Origin: an uncultured candidate division Zixibacteria bacterium
GTDB lineage: Bacteria > Zixibacteria > MSB-5A5 > UBA10806 > 4484-95
Direction of reading: 5' to 3'
Assembly (NCBI GenBank): GCA_963668625.2
Contig: CAXXKA010000006.1
Span: forward strand, 768,001 to 832,000
DNA length: 64,000 nt
The notes beneath the pieces are model-generated. The model was given only the letters and a program-made list of their open reading frames with translations, ran no database searches and had not been told where the DNA came from. The position numbers and the translations under genes are program-made. Positions 10,014 through 20,592 of the stretch are shown here, in pieces. The first letter of the stretch is position 1. The number at the start of each line of letters is the position of its first letter.

Positions 10014-10211
10014 TTGGTAGGATTTTTACTCTGGCTGATATTATTTATAATCTGTTGGCCGGTTGCCATAATAGGTTTATTACTATACCCGTTAGTCTGG
10101 TTGTTGCTATTGCCATTCAGGTTATTTGGAATAGCGGTCAGCGGGATACTGGAATTGCTCAAGGCAATTATTTTCTTGCCCTCCAGAATACTGGGTAGTA
10201 AACCGAATTAA
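10014..10211 (+). CDS. Small hydrophobic membrane protein
   Basis: TTG start with strong RBS; almost entirely hydrophobic (LLWLILFIICWPVAIIGLLLYPLVWLLLLPFRL). Confidence 0.7.
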   Translation: MVGFLLWLILFIICWPVAIIGLLLYPLVWLLLLPFRLFGIAVSGILELLKAIIFLPSRILGSKPN

Positions 10212-10317
10212 CATAAGAGAAGATACATCGGGAACTAATCCTTGACAAAAATAGTCTTATTTATCTTATTCTGCCTGTGGATGTTCGTGAGGATAGGATA
10301 AAAGGGGTTAGTAATAC

Positions 10318-11163
10318 TTGAGTTTCTTAAAGATTTCTCCCGGAGTCAAATATATAGTTCTTTCGACTATCTTTTTTGCCTTGATGAATATCGGAGTGAA
10401 AAACCTCGATAGAATTCCAGCAACCGAGATAGTATTTTTCAGAGCTTTCGTAACGTTGATAATAGGCTATATTCTTATTAAAAGGGAGGGTTTAAGTCCC
10501 TGGGGTAATAATAAGAAAATATTGATCTTACGTGGCCTGGCCGGGACGATAGGGTTGGTTCTGTATTTTTATACTCTTCAGGTGATGCCTTTAGCCAGCG
10601 CGGTCACGATTCAGTACATGTCGCCTATATTCACGATCATTATAGCCGGATTTATGCTTAAGGAGCCGGCGCGCCCCATTCAGTGGCTGTTCTTCCTGAT
10701 TTCATTTATCGGTGTGGTGATGATAAAAGGATTCGATACGAGAATAACCATACCGGAACTTGCCCTGGGATTAACAGCGGCCGTATGCTCGGGATTTGCC
10801 TATAATTTCATCCGCAAGCTCAAAGGCCAGGACCATCACCTGGTAATAGTTTTTTATTTCCCGCTTGTAACCGTACCGGTCGTTGGCAGTTATATGGCCT
10901 TTCACTGGGTAAGTCCCGATCCGTATGAATGGCTTTTTCTGTTATTCGTTGGAGTAACGACTACCATAGCTCAGATTTTTATGACAATGGGGTATCAGGC
11001 GGAGAAAGCCGCGAATATCAGCAATTACAATTACCTGGGCAGTATATATGCTCTGGCTTTCGGATATTTTCTTTTCGGTGAATTAATAAGTATACCGGCT
11101 ATGTTGGGCTTACTATTAATAATAATTGGTGTGGTTGCCTGTTCCAGATGTAATAGTAAGTAA
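10318..11163 (+). CDS. DMT-superfamily EamA transporter
   Basis: About 10 TM helices in two EamA halves; EIVFFRA, LILRGLAG, LASAVTIQYMSPIFT..LKE, FLFGE motifs. Confidence 0.9.
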   Translation: MSFLKISPGVKYIVLSTIFFALMNIGVKNLDRIPATEIVFFRAFVTLIIGYILIKREGLSPWGNNKKILILRGLAGTIGLVLYFYTLQVMPLASAVTIQYMSPIFTIIIAGFMLKEPARPIQWLFFLISFIGVVMIKGFDTRITIPELALGLTAAVCSGFAYNFIRKLKGQDHHLVIVFYFPLVTVPVVGSYMAFHWVSPDPYEWLFLLFVGVTTTIAQIFMTMGYQAEKAANISNYNYLGSIYALAFGYFLFGELISIPAMLGLLLIIIGVVACSRCNSK

Positions 11164-11169
11164 TCCTGA

Positions 11170-11499
11170 TTAACTTCTAGCCACATAATTTATCTCGCCT
11201 ATCTCTCCTATTTCCTCGAGAGCTTTCTCGGCATTAATAATGGCTTTATTCAGGTGATGGTCATCTATTCTATCGGCCAGAGATAACAATGAGTTTAACT
11301 CATGCTGGATATGTTGTGAGGTTTTAGTCAGGGTAATAGTCATTTCATAATGAGCTAAATCGTTTAATATCTCTTTGAATTCAGCTTGAGCATCAAGCAG
11401 AGTTGTTTGGTCTAATTTGTTGTCGAGATAGGCATTAACAGCGTCGATATATTTCCTGCCAACCGTATGTATGGCATTGATCTCTTTCGGTGTGGACAT
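11170..11499 (-). CDS. Hypothetical all-helical protein (109 aa)
   Basis: The ORF track gives 11170..11523; ATG at 11499 (MSTPKE) has a GGAGG RBS and is the likelier start. Confidence 0.65.
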   Translation of the reverse strand: MSTPKEINAIHTVGRKYIDAVNAYLDNKLDQTTLLDAQAEFKEILNDLAHYEMTITLTKTSQHIQHELNSLLSLADRIDDHHLNKAIINAEKALEEIGEIGEINYVARS

Positions 11500-11524
11500 G
11501 CTATTCCTCCATTGTTTAATCATA

Positions 11525-11551
11525 TAATCGACTTATATATGGGGGAATTGA
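11525..11551 (-). promoter_or_regulatory. Sigma28 (FliA-type) promoter
   Basis: Minus strand TCAA-N15-GTCGATTA, 25 nt upstream of the ATG at 11499. Confidence 0.55.
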
Positions 11552-11620
11552 AAATTATTAAACAAAAGAGCAACGTATAACTTAAATCTTTATAAATGCT
11601 TATAAATGTTCACTTAAGTG

Positions 11621-12381
11621 TTATTGCCCGGAAGCGCAATAGATTTCTCCTCGATCCTTGATATCCGGATAACTATCAAGTATTGGCCGGATGGAAACGA
11701 CACAATATCCCACCGGATCTGGGATTATTTCAGGGCTGATTTTATACTTAGAATGAGCTGTGCCTTTAACATAGGTGGTAGTTGATATCTGTCCCGAAAT
11801 TCCACCGCAATTTAATGTTGAGAAGATGAATACATCATTTCGTACCGGGCGCCGGTAGAGGATTTGAGGTTTGAATCATCGCTATTATCTGAGGAGCTAG
11901 CAAACAGCGCAAATAGCTTATAATCAGCGTCACTACTGTCCGGTCTTTCCATCTCGCTACAAAGAGCTGCTTCGCAACGTTGCTTGCTTGTCGGCAGAAT
12001 GGGCATTCTAAATGATTCAAGAAGGTTTCCAGGCAGCGCTTGGAAACCAGGAAGCTAAGCCTAAAATCGGCAGAACATGTCAGGATGCATGATACGCTGA
12101 ATATATAATTATATCGGAAAATATCTTTCACTAACGATACCGGGGGAGATGATCTCGAGAGTGATGGTGTAATCCGCTCCCAGCGTATCTCCCCGGCCGT
12201 TAACGATTATCGCTGAAATCACGGTAGTGCCGCCGCCTATCGCAATCTCCGGGCCTGTCGAGCTGATGTATAACGCGGCTGGATCGTTTAATTCTGAGGA
12301 TGTGCTATTATCGTTGTCATCGTCCGTGCAAGATGAACAAAGCAGGGTAATTGTGAGAAAGGCAATCATGAACATTCTCAT
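11621..12381 (-). pseudogene. Probable decayed lipoprotein with Ig-like (Big_1-like) pieces
   Basis: 12109-12381 has RBS AAGGAG, a lipobox-like LLCSSC and a half Ig strand (TTVISAIIVNGRGDTLG), then stops. A separate frame ending at 11621 reads RPVRNDVFIFST..GYCVVSIRPILDSYPDIKD. The link between the pieces is inferred. Confidence 0.35.
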
Positions 12382-12665
12382 AATAAGCTCCTTCTAAATA
12401 GGTGGATATGTAATAAATTATTTTATCTCTCCTGATGTGAAAAAGCTGATTGTAAAACCGGCCCAATCTTTGAGTATAAAAATATACGAAGTCGTCTAAA
12501 ATCTGGCAAGTTTTTGATATTTTTCAAAATGGCTATCAGACCGACAATTTATTAAAATATGATTAAACTTGCGTAAGTATACGAATCAATTATAAATTAA
12601 AGCCGTATCAGTAAAAAATCGAAGCGTTAGAAACGAATTGCAGCAAATAGGAAGGATGGTTCTAA

Positions 12666-15110
12666 ATGATAAAAAGGTTAACCCTGATTCTATTTCTGAT
12701 GATCGCACTATTAACAACACAGGTTCAAGCCGGGGATATGCCCTCGTATTACAGCCGTAACAATTTTCTGATAGGATCATCCAACAGCTATTATGATGGT
12801 TTGCTGGGATATTCGAATCCGGCAAATCTTTCGTTCCTTCATGACGGGGAGACCAGATTTAACTGGAATACGGATCGTGACGATTTTGGCTCGTTTAACG
12901 ATTGGGGATTGTTCATAGCGGTGCCTCATCTGGGTTTCGGGATGGTTAAAAGCGATCTGGGGCAATGGCATTCGACCGATTATCAGGTTTCACTGGGGCT
13001 TGGGGATGATAAGCACTCATTTGGTCTGGCATATGGATGGTCATCGCATTCCATAGATGATTTGGCCAATGAGGAGGTTCTGAAAATCAGCTCGATTGAC
13101 AGAGATATAAAATACATGTCTATTGGCTTGATAGGCGAGTTCTCGCTGGAATCGAAAGCCCGCCAGGGAATAGCCGAGATAGGCATTCGCCCGCTGGGTA
13201 ATTCGACGATCACCCTGTTCGGTGATCTGGCGATACAGCGCAAGATGAAACTCAGTAACGCCCCCTGGAGCGCGGGTGCGGCTATAGAGCCGGTACCGGG
13301 TATACATCTGGTGGGCCGCTATTTCGAGGATGAGGCGTTTACGTTCGGCCTGACATTCGATTTAGGAACCGCCGGCGTAAGCAGCCAGTTGCATTACGAT
13401 GATGATCAAGAGCATGCTTATACGTCATACTCTGTTCGTGTAGGCGGGATGCGCCCGAGTTTCTTCCCGAATATAATCTGCAAAGACCGCAGGTATCTCA
13501 AAATCGATTTGCGTGGCAGTACCGGATATCTCAAATACCGTTTCGGCGATCAAAAAAAGAAACTACTACTAGACATTCTTCGCGATATAGACGCTGCCCG
13601 GAACGATCCTCGGATATCGGCTATTGCCATAAATCTCGCGAATGCCTCGATCGCGCCCGAGCACGCCTGGGAAATCAGGCAGGCGTTGCAGGAGTTCAGG
13701 GACTCGGGCAAAACCGTAGTGGCATTTTTGGAGTACTCTGCCGATCGCACCTACTATCTGGCAAGCGTGGCGGATGTCGTTGTGATAGAGCCGATCACCG
13801 TTATCGGGCTGGTAGGCTACTCGATGAGCCGTACCTATCTGAAAGGCACGTTGGAGAAGTTAGGGCTTGGTTTCGATGAGTGGCGTCAGTTCAAATATAA
13901 ATCCGCCGCCGAGACTTTCAGCCGCGAGAATATGTCCGAGGCTGACAGGGAGCAGTTCCAGGCTTATGTTGATGACTGGTACGAGACCACCCGGGATGAT
14001 ATCTGTAAATCACGCGGTATCAGCGTTGGCGAGTATGAGAAATTGCTGAGTAATGATATGCTCATGACCGCTGACGGCGCGATAAAGAACAAACTGGCCG
14101 ATAAGATAGGACGCTGGTCGGATGTCGATGATATCATCGATGACGTTGCCGGTAGAAATCTCTGGGTGATCGACAGCGAGGGGCTATACGCCAACACGTT
14201 GCCTCCCAAATACTGGGGTGGCGATCCTAAAATAGCGGTAATATATGCTCTCGGTGATTGCGCTATGGATAGCGGTATCAGGGCCAGATGGCTTTCGACG
14301 CAGCTCGAGAGACTCAAAAAGGATGGCAGTATCGAGGCGGTCGTGTTCCGTGTGGACTCGCCCGGCGGCGACGGCATGGCCAGTGATATAGTGGCCGAGG
14401 CGTTGAAAGACCTGGCGACGGAGAAACCGGTTATTGTCACCCAGGGACAGGTAGCGGGCTCAGGCGGTTATTGGATTTCCATGTACGGCGATAAGATTTT
14501 AGCCGGCCCCAACACTATCACCGGATCGATCGGCGTTATCGGCGGTTGGATATGGGATAAGGGGTTATCCGATAAGCTGGGTATGACTTACGACAATGTC
14601 CAGCGCGGCGAGCATGCCGATGTTTTGGAGGGCGTAAGATTACCTCTTCTGGGTTTGAAGGTGCCGGGCAGAAACCTTACCGAGGAGGAACGTAAAGATG
14701 TCGAAGAGATCATTTATGAGATGTACGATATGTTCGTAGCCAAGGTGGCCTCGGGCAGGAAGATGAGTATGGAACGTGTCTATCAACTTGGCGAGGGACG
14801 ATTCTACTCCGGTCTGGATGGCAAAGATGTCGGTTTGGTCGATGAGATAGGTGGTTTGATGCTGGCTATCGAGATTGCCAAGAAGGACGCCGGTATCAGC
14901 GAGGATCAGCGGGTAGAGCTGGTCGAGGTGCCTGACTATCTGGGTTGGTTCCCATTCTTCGGTCCATCACCGGTAAGTATAGGCATAACACGCGATGGCG
15001 CTGCCTTATCCGATGACGATCCCGGCGTGAAATATATCAAACAACTGCTGGAGTCGCCCAACATGGCTTTACCGTTGATGCCTCCGGGATATTATCCGGA
15101 AGCCGATTAA
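12666..15110 (+). CDS. sppA: Signal peptide peptidase SppA (S49, two-domain) with extra N-terminal beta-strand-rich domain
   Basis: YYLASVAD, KYKSAAE, FRVDSPGGD, VAGSGGYWI, TITGSIGV and GLVDEIGG motifs; the N-terminal ~270 aa begins with NPANL and alternating beta strands. Confidence 0.9.
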   Translation: MIKRLTLILFLMIALLTTQVQAGDMPSYYSRNNFLIGSSNSYYDGLLGYSNPANLSFLHDGETRFNWNTDRDDFGSFNDWGLFIAVPHLGFGMVKSDLGQWHSTDYQVSLGLGDDKHSFGLAYGWSSHSIDDLANEEVLKISSIDRDIKYMSIGLIGEFSLESKARQGIAEIGIRPLGNSTITLFGDLAIQRKMKLSNAPWSAGAAIEPVPGIHLVGRYFEDEAFTFGLTFDLGTAGVSSQLHYDDDQEHAYTSYSVRVGGMRPSFFPNIICKDRRYLKIDLRGSTGYLKYRFGDQKKKLLLDILRDIDAARNDPRISAIAINLANASIAPEHAWEIRQALQEFRDSGKTVVAFLEYSADRTYYLASVADVVVIEPITVIGLVGYSMSRTYLKGTLEKLGLGFDEWRQFKYKSAAETFSRENMSEADREQFQAYVDDWYETTRDDICKSRGISVGEYEKLLSNDMLMTADGAIKNKLADKIGRWSDVDDIIDDVAGRNLWVIDSEGLYANTLPPKYWGGDPKIAVIYALGDCAMDSGIRARWLSTQLERLKKDGSIEAVVFRVDSPGGDGMASDIVAEALKDLATEKPVIVTQGQVAGSGGYWISMYGDKILAGPNTITGSIGVIGGWIWDKGLSDKLGMTYDNVQRGEHADVLEGVRLPLLGLKVPGRNLTEEERKDVEEIIYEMYDMFVAKVASGRKMSMERVYQLGEGRFYSGLDGKDVGLVDEIGGLMLAIEIAKKDAGISEDQRVELVEVPDYLGWFPFFGPSPVSIGITRDGAALSDDDPGVKYIKQLLESPNMALPLMPPGYYPEAD

Positions 15111-15133
15111 ATCTTTTAACTAAATAACTTTTT

Positions 15134-15179
15134 GTATCGTCCGTTTGTATATATTTTAAGCAAACGGACGATACTTTTT
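15134..15179 (+). terminator. Intrinsic terminator after sppA
   Basis: Perfect 14-bp inverted repeat gtatcgtccgtttg/caaacggacgatac followed by TTTTT. Confidence 0.75.
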
Positions 15180-15184
15180 ATGAT

Positions 15185-16231
15185 ATGGTTAATGACGAGC
15201 TAAACATGCAATCGAACGATTATCAGGATTTCGGCTGGCCGATGATCTCGGTGGTGGTGCCTATCCGTAACGAGGAGAGATTCATCGCCCAGACATTATC
15301 GTATATCAGGATGCAGGATTATCCTCAGGATAAACTCGAGATACTGGTTGTAGATGGCCAATCGACAGATAGAACCCGCGAAATAGTGGGGGAGATAGCT
15401 AAAGAGGACAGCCGGGTGAAAATTCTGGATAATCCCAAATGCTTATCCTCGGCTGCTCGCAATGTCGGGGCCAAAGCGGCTCGGGGCGAGATCGTGAAAT
15501 ATATCGATGGCCATGTGTATATCGATAATGATCAGCTTCTGAAAAATACCGCTATCCTGATGCATGAGAAAGAGGTGGAGGCATTGTCCCGTCCGCAGTT
15601 TTTGGATACACCGGAGAACACCTTTTTCCAGAAAGCGGTCTCACTGGCGCGGAAATCGCCGCTGGGGCACGGGCTGGATTCGACTATCTACTCGCGCAAG
15701 GATATGTATGTCGATCCGACCTCCTCGGGCGCGACCTACAAAAAAGCGGTATTCGAGAAAGCCGGTTATTTCGATGAGGATTTCGATGCCGCCGAGGATG
15801 TCGAGTTCAACTACCGGGTGAGTAAGGCCGATATCAAGTCATTTACCTCGATGAAACTGATGGTGTATTACTATCCCCGCGAGACCCTTAAATCGCTGTT
15901 TAACCAGCTTACCCGTTACGGCACCGGTAGATTCAGATTCCTGCGCAAACATTCCGAGGCGATATCCTCCGGAGCGCTCATTCCGCCCGGGATTTTCATC
16001 GGCATGGCATTTTTACTATTGCTGGCGATAATCGCACCGGTGACTAAACCGTTATTCTCGTTGTACATGGGGTTCTATATCCTGGCGGTACTGATTAGCA
16101 GTGGAGTCGTGGCTGCCAATTATGGACTTCCGTATCTTTTCGTGTTGCCACAGATATATATTTGTATACACGGGGGGCTGGCCTGGGGCTTCATTTCCGA
16201 GGCATTCCGCACATTATTGGGAAAACGTTAG
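15185..16231 (+). CDS. Glycosyltransferase family 2 (ExoA-like) with C-terminal TM helices
   Basis: ISVVVPIRNEE, VVDGQSTDRT, ARNVG, IDGH, FDEDFDAAEDVEFNYR motifs. Confidence 0.9.
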   Translation: MVNDELNMQSNDYQDFGWPMISVVVPIRNEERFIAQTLSYIRMQDYPQDKLEILVVDGQSTDRTREIVGEIAKEDSRVKILDNPKCLSSAARNVGAKAARGEIVKYIDGHVYIDNDQLLKNTAILMHEKEVEALSRPQFLDTPENTFFQKAVSLARKSPLGHGLDSTIYSRKDMYVDPTSSGATYKKAVFEKAGYFDEDFDAAEDVEFNYRVSKADIKSFTSMKLMVYYYPRETLKSLFNQLTRYGTGRFRFLRKHSEAISSGALIPPGIFIGMAFLLLLAIIAPVTKPLFSLYMGFYILAVLISSGVVAANYGLPYLFVLPQIYICIHGGLAWGFISEAFRTLLGKR

Positions 16232-16239
16232 AAAAATAC

Positions 16240-16267
16240 TTGCATCTTTGAAAGATTAGTATATAAT
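16240..16267 (+). promoter_or_regulatory. Sigma70-type promoter upstream of tRNA-Arg
   Basis: TTGCAT-N16-TATAAT. Confidence 0.5.
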
Positions 16268-16353
16268 TACCCCGGACTTTTGAAAACTAAATAGCGGCTA
16301 CCGCGTTTTAATAGTAGAGATCATAAGTGGTAGTTGCAACAGATAGATTATCT

Positions 16354-16427
<74 letters not shown>

Positions 16428-16612
16428 GTTTTTTATTCCGCAACGAGTTACGGAATATGCACTTACGCATTGCTATCCGAGTCAAAAGGCCTCCGTGTTA
16501 AGTGCTCTTGCCTCTAATAATAAAGTTTTCATTACAATGCAAGAAAATAATAGACAACATAGCGCACCTGTATTATGATCAATATAGTGATTCAAAAAAT
16601 TATTACCGAGGA

Positions 16613-17209
16613 ATGTCGAAAATGGCAGAGGATATTTTAAGAAAAAATATAGAAAGATTGATGAAGAGGCGAGGCTGGAGCTAAATGGATCTGGTGAAGG
16701 CCGCAGGTATTGATCAAGGCCGTTTGAGTCATATACTCGCCGGCAAGCAGCACCCAGTTACGGTTTCCAATGTTAAGGAAACTTTCAGAAGCCTTTAATG
16801 TTACTATAGACCAACTCGTGTATCCTCTTAAAGAGCCTACCGAGGACTCATTATAAATTATGAGGATTGATCCTGGCAAGGTATCCAAAAGCTCTCTGGG
16901 ACAATTTATCGAGACTGGCCAAAGTTACCAGCTGGATTCATCAGGCGGCATATTACTAAAGGTCGAAACCTCCGATATGGCGCCTCAATAATGAAAGGCA
17001 GCTTTATATTACTATCACAGATCGGCAAAATAACGAATGGCAGGATTTACCTGATAGTCTTGAAATCTTCAGGAGGAATATTATTACGTAGGCTGGAGGC
17101 GTTTGATGGCAAACTTCTCATGAAAGCGGATAACCCGGAAATCAGAAGCGGCGTAATGCGCCGTTCGCAGATTGACAGGCTATACAGGGTAGAGGCGGTT
17201 TTATTTTAA
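16613..17209 (+). pseudogene. Decayed XRE/CI-type repressor (HTH plus S24-like C-terminal domain)
   Basis: Pieces across frames: LRKNIERLMKRRGWS*MDLVKAAGIDQGRLSHILAGK / LRKLSEAFNVTIDQLV / LLKVETSDMAP / KGSFILL..NGRIYLIV..GILLRRL..LLMKADNPE. At least two stops and two frameshifts. Confidence 0.75.
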
Positions 17210-17343
17210 GTTCATCCAATGATCATTATTAATAGGTGCGGCACTTCGGGCCTAATGTTTTTATTATATTGACTTTCTCATCAGTTATTTATAGGTTTAC
17301 ATTATTACGATTCGTCATCGGGGGGCAGTAAGGGCATAGAGTA

Positions 17344-20300
17344 GTGACAAATCTCAGAGTTGGGCAGTATGTAAAAGTAAGAGAACGACCGGCTGTTATA
17401 ACAGACATTAAATCAACGCATGAACAAAACAACCCCGAAAAGATCATTAATATTAAATATATTGACGGTAATCTTTATCCGTCAGATGAGTGGATACACT
17501 GGCAATCAGAATTCAGCAAACTGGAAATCTCCAAATTAAACCTCCCTAATATTTCCGAAATAAGTTCGATGCCTGACTCATTAATTAATTATAAATGCTT
17601 GATTAATTCAATTAAGTGGAATTGCCATAATAAACTTACCCGAAACAGGCTTGATGATGAGGATACAGTCTCACTTATATCGCCATGGCATAATGCTATT
17701 CAGATAGAGGATTATCAATTATACCCTGTGCTAAAAGCATTATTAATGCCTAGAGTATCGCTCTTATTAGCCGATGATGTTGGTCTTGGTAAAACGATTG
17801 AAGCCGGTCTCATTCTTTCTGAGTTAATCTCTCGAAAAAAAGTACAAAGAGTGATGGTGGTATGCCCCGCTTCGTTACAACATCAATGGCAGGATGAGCT
17901 ATTAGAGAAGTTTAATCTGGATTTTACGATTATAGATCGTGAACAGGTCTCTAGAACTCGGATGTCTTATGGAGTTGACTCTAATCCCTGGACGATGTAT
18001 CCACGAATAATCACATCTATGGATTATCTACGTCAACCGGATGTGCTGGAGTCTTTCAGGGCAACCGCTAAATCCTTGTGGCAGAGCGCGAAATTCCCGC
18101 TTCAAATGTTAATTGTCGATGAAGCGCATAATCTTTCACCGAGTGTAATGCACGATGATAGTGATAGATGTAAAATGCTTAAATCAATCTCTCGATTCTT
18201 CGAACACAGATTGTTTTTGTCAGCCACTCCTCATAACGGTTATACAGTCACATTCTCCGGATTACTTTCAATCCTCGATCCTATAAGAATACATCAAACA
18301 CCTACTCTTAACGAGGCCGATAAGCGCCAATTAAGCGTATTGATGGTTCGCCGTCTGAAATCTGAGATTGTAAACAGCCAAGGAGTTTCGCGATTTGTTG
18401 AACGGGTAGTCGAAAGTATCCCAATTAACCTCAAGGTGCATAATCAAGAAGGATTATTGTATAGTTTATTAAGGCAATATAGAAAAGCTATTCAGCAAAC
18501 CTCGAATAATTTTAACCGCAAAGAGCGGATAATTTGCGAATTTATTATTACGTTGCTCACTAAAAGACTGCTTTCATCTACGTATGCATTTGCCAAAACG
18601 TGGTGGCAATATATAGAGAACTACGAGCTGGAAGCAAGCTCCCTGGATACTGTTGTAAACTCTATAGGCAAAGCCGAGACAGATAGTGCTGATGATAATG
18701 TGAAAAAGCAGCGTGAAGAGGATGCTGCCAGGCAGTCAGCCTCATGGCTGGGTACTCATTCGAATAAGTCCTTAGAAGTAGTCCAAGAGATTGGTGACAG
18801 GCTTTGTTCGATGGGCTGGACTAACGATACAATTCAGAATGATGATACCCTTACCAGTAACAACCAGCAGGATGCTAAGCTGGAGGAATTAGTCAAATGG
18901 ATTAGCCATAATCTCCTGGCAGAGGGCAAGTTCAGGAAGGATGAAAGGCTTCTTGTATTCACAGAATATAAAGACACACTGGATTATCTGGTCTCCTCGC
19001 TCAGGGAAAATGGCTTTGACTATCCCCAAGTTGAGAGTCTATATGGTGGTATTGACTCGTCGACCAGGATTACTTTAAAGAATTCATTTAATGATCCAGC
19101 AAGCCCTCTACGGATATTAGTGGCTACGGATGCTGCTGCCGAGGGATTGAATCTGCATATTAACTGCCGCTATGTTATCCACTATGATATTCCCTGGAAC
19201 CCTATGCGTCTCGAACAGAGGAATGGACGAGTTGATCGTCATGGACAGGTCAGGGATGTTTCGATATTTCATTTTAACTCCGATGATGATGAAGATCACA
19301 AATTCCTCAGCCTCGTTATTAGAAAAGTGAATCAGGCGAGGGAAGATCTGGGTAGTCTTGGGCAGGTCATTAATCAAAGTGTTTTAGAGCATTTTAATTA
19401 CAGTGAACTCAGCCGTGACGAATTCGAAAGCAGGCTGATATCTGTTGAGAATGAAAATACTGTTGATGAGGATGCCGGGCATAGGGATCGTGGCTCTTCA
19501 GAAAATTACCAGAAAACAATGGCTATGCTTAAGGAAACCGAGGCGCGATTAGGTCTAACTCCAAATGCTATGGCTATGCTGTTACAACAGGCAGTAGAAT
19601 ACGAAGGCGGCCAATTAATAGAAACTGAGGAAAGAGGCGTATACAAATTCTATACTATACCTCCCGGATGGAAAAATCTCATTCAAAGAAGCCTGGCAAT
19701 TAAAAAAGGCACACAGCTAAATTCAATACCAAAGTTGGTATTTGATCCATCATATTTTGAAACTGATTATAATGAAAGAATATTATTCAGGATAAAGCCG
19801 GATACCGCGTTAATTAGGCTCGGTCACCCGATTATGCAGAGAGCTGTAAGCGTATTTCAACGTAAACTTTGGGAGGGCAATACCGGTAGCGGCAACAGCC
19901 ATTATGTTTCGCGATGGACTATTACAAGGATTAATACAAACCTGAAATGTGAAGGAATTATCATCGTATATTGTCTGCTAGAGGTCACTAACGAACTCAG
20001 CGAAACTGTTCATCAGGAGTTCGTGGAACTCCCTTATAACTTGGATAATAATGATATAAATGAAATCAATAATACTGACTGGGAAAAAATTAAGTTAGAT
20101 TCACGATCCGAACTCCACGCTGATATACTGAACGATATAGGCGCCGGCTTTAAGCGAAACTGGATAAGCGTGGAACCAGCTATTCGTCAGAATCTTGAAA
20201 ACAGGAAAAAAGAATTAGTCTCTTCATTCTCAGGGATATTTAAAGAGCGCCTTGCCAACGAATTGAAATTAACTAAAAGCGAATACGAACATCGGATTAA

Positions 20301-20592
20301 GGAATTGGAAAAGCAGGATGAGCGATATTTCGAGATAGTTAAGAAAAAGCACGATACCCAGGTGGCGAAATTCAAGCAAACTGAGATGTGGATTGAGGAT
20401 AAGCTCGAAAAAGAGAAAGCCCTGCGCGAGTTGGAGTGGGAGGCTTTTAACAGGGAGAATAGGCAGCTTATCGATTTGCTAAATGAAGAAAAAGAGTTCA
20501 TGCTAAGTCAGACCATTCCCAATCGTTATACCATGAATAATCTCGAGCTATTGCCCATAGCGGTCGAGTTCGTTGTGGGGGATGATAAATAG
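17344..20592 (+). CDS. drmD: SNF2-family helicase, DISARM DrmD-like
   Basis: IEDYQLYPVLKALLMPRVSLLLADDVGLGKTIEAG, VDEAHN, LFLSATPHNG, VFTEYKDT, ATDAAAEGLNL, DIPWNPMRLEQRNGRVDRHGQ. Confidence 0.85.
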   Translation: MTNLRVGQYVKVRERPAVITDIKSTHEQNNPEKIINIKYIDGNLYPSDEWIHWQSEFSKLEISKLNLPNISEISSMPDSLINYKCLINSIKWNCHNKLTRNRLDDEDTVSLISPWHNAIQIEDYQLYPVLKALLMPRVSLLLADDVGLGKTIEAGLILSELISRKKVQRVMVVCPASLQHQWQDELLEKFNLDFTIIDREQVSRTRMSYGVDSNPWTMYPRIITSMDYLRQPDVLESFRATAKSLWQSAKFPLQMLIVDEAHNLSPSVMHDDSDRCKMLKSISRFFEHRLFLSATPHNGYTVTFSGLLSILDPIRIHQTPTLNEADKRQLSVLMVRRLKSEIVNSQGVSRFVERVVESIPINLKVHNQEGLLYSLLRQYRKAIQQTSNNFNRKERIICEFIITLLTKRLLSSTYAFAKTWWQYIENYELEASSLDTVVNSIGKAETDSADDNVKKQREEDAARQSASWLGTHSNKSLEVVQEIGDRLCSMGWTNDTIQNDDTLTSNNQQDAKLEELVKWISHNLLAEGKFRKDERLLVFTEYKDTLDYLVSSLRENGFDYPQVESLYGGIDSSTRITLKNSFNDPASPLRILVATDAAAEGLNLHINCRYVIHYDIPWNPMRLEQRNGRVDRHGQVRDVSIFHFNSDDDEDHKFLSLVIRKVNQAREDLGSLGQVINQSVLEHFNYSELSRDEFESRLISVENENTVDEDAGHRDRGSSENYQKTMAMLKETEARLGLTPNAMAMLLQQAVEYEGGQLIETEERGVYKFYTIPPGWKNLIQRSLAIKKGTQLNSIPKLVFDPSYFETDYNERILFRIKPDTALIRLGHPIMQRAVSVFQRKLWEGNTGSGNSHYVSRWTITRINTNLKCEGIIIVYCLLEVTNELSETVHQEFVELPYNLDNNDINEINNTDWEKIKLDSRSELHADILNDIGAGFKRNWISVEPAIRQNLENRKKELVSSFSGIFKERLANELKLTKSEYEHRIKELEKQDERYFEIVKKKHDTQVAKFKQTEMWIEDKLEKEKALRELEWEAFNRENRQLIDLLNEEKEFMLSQTIPNRYTMNNLELLPIAVEFVVGDDK

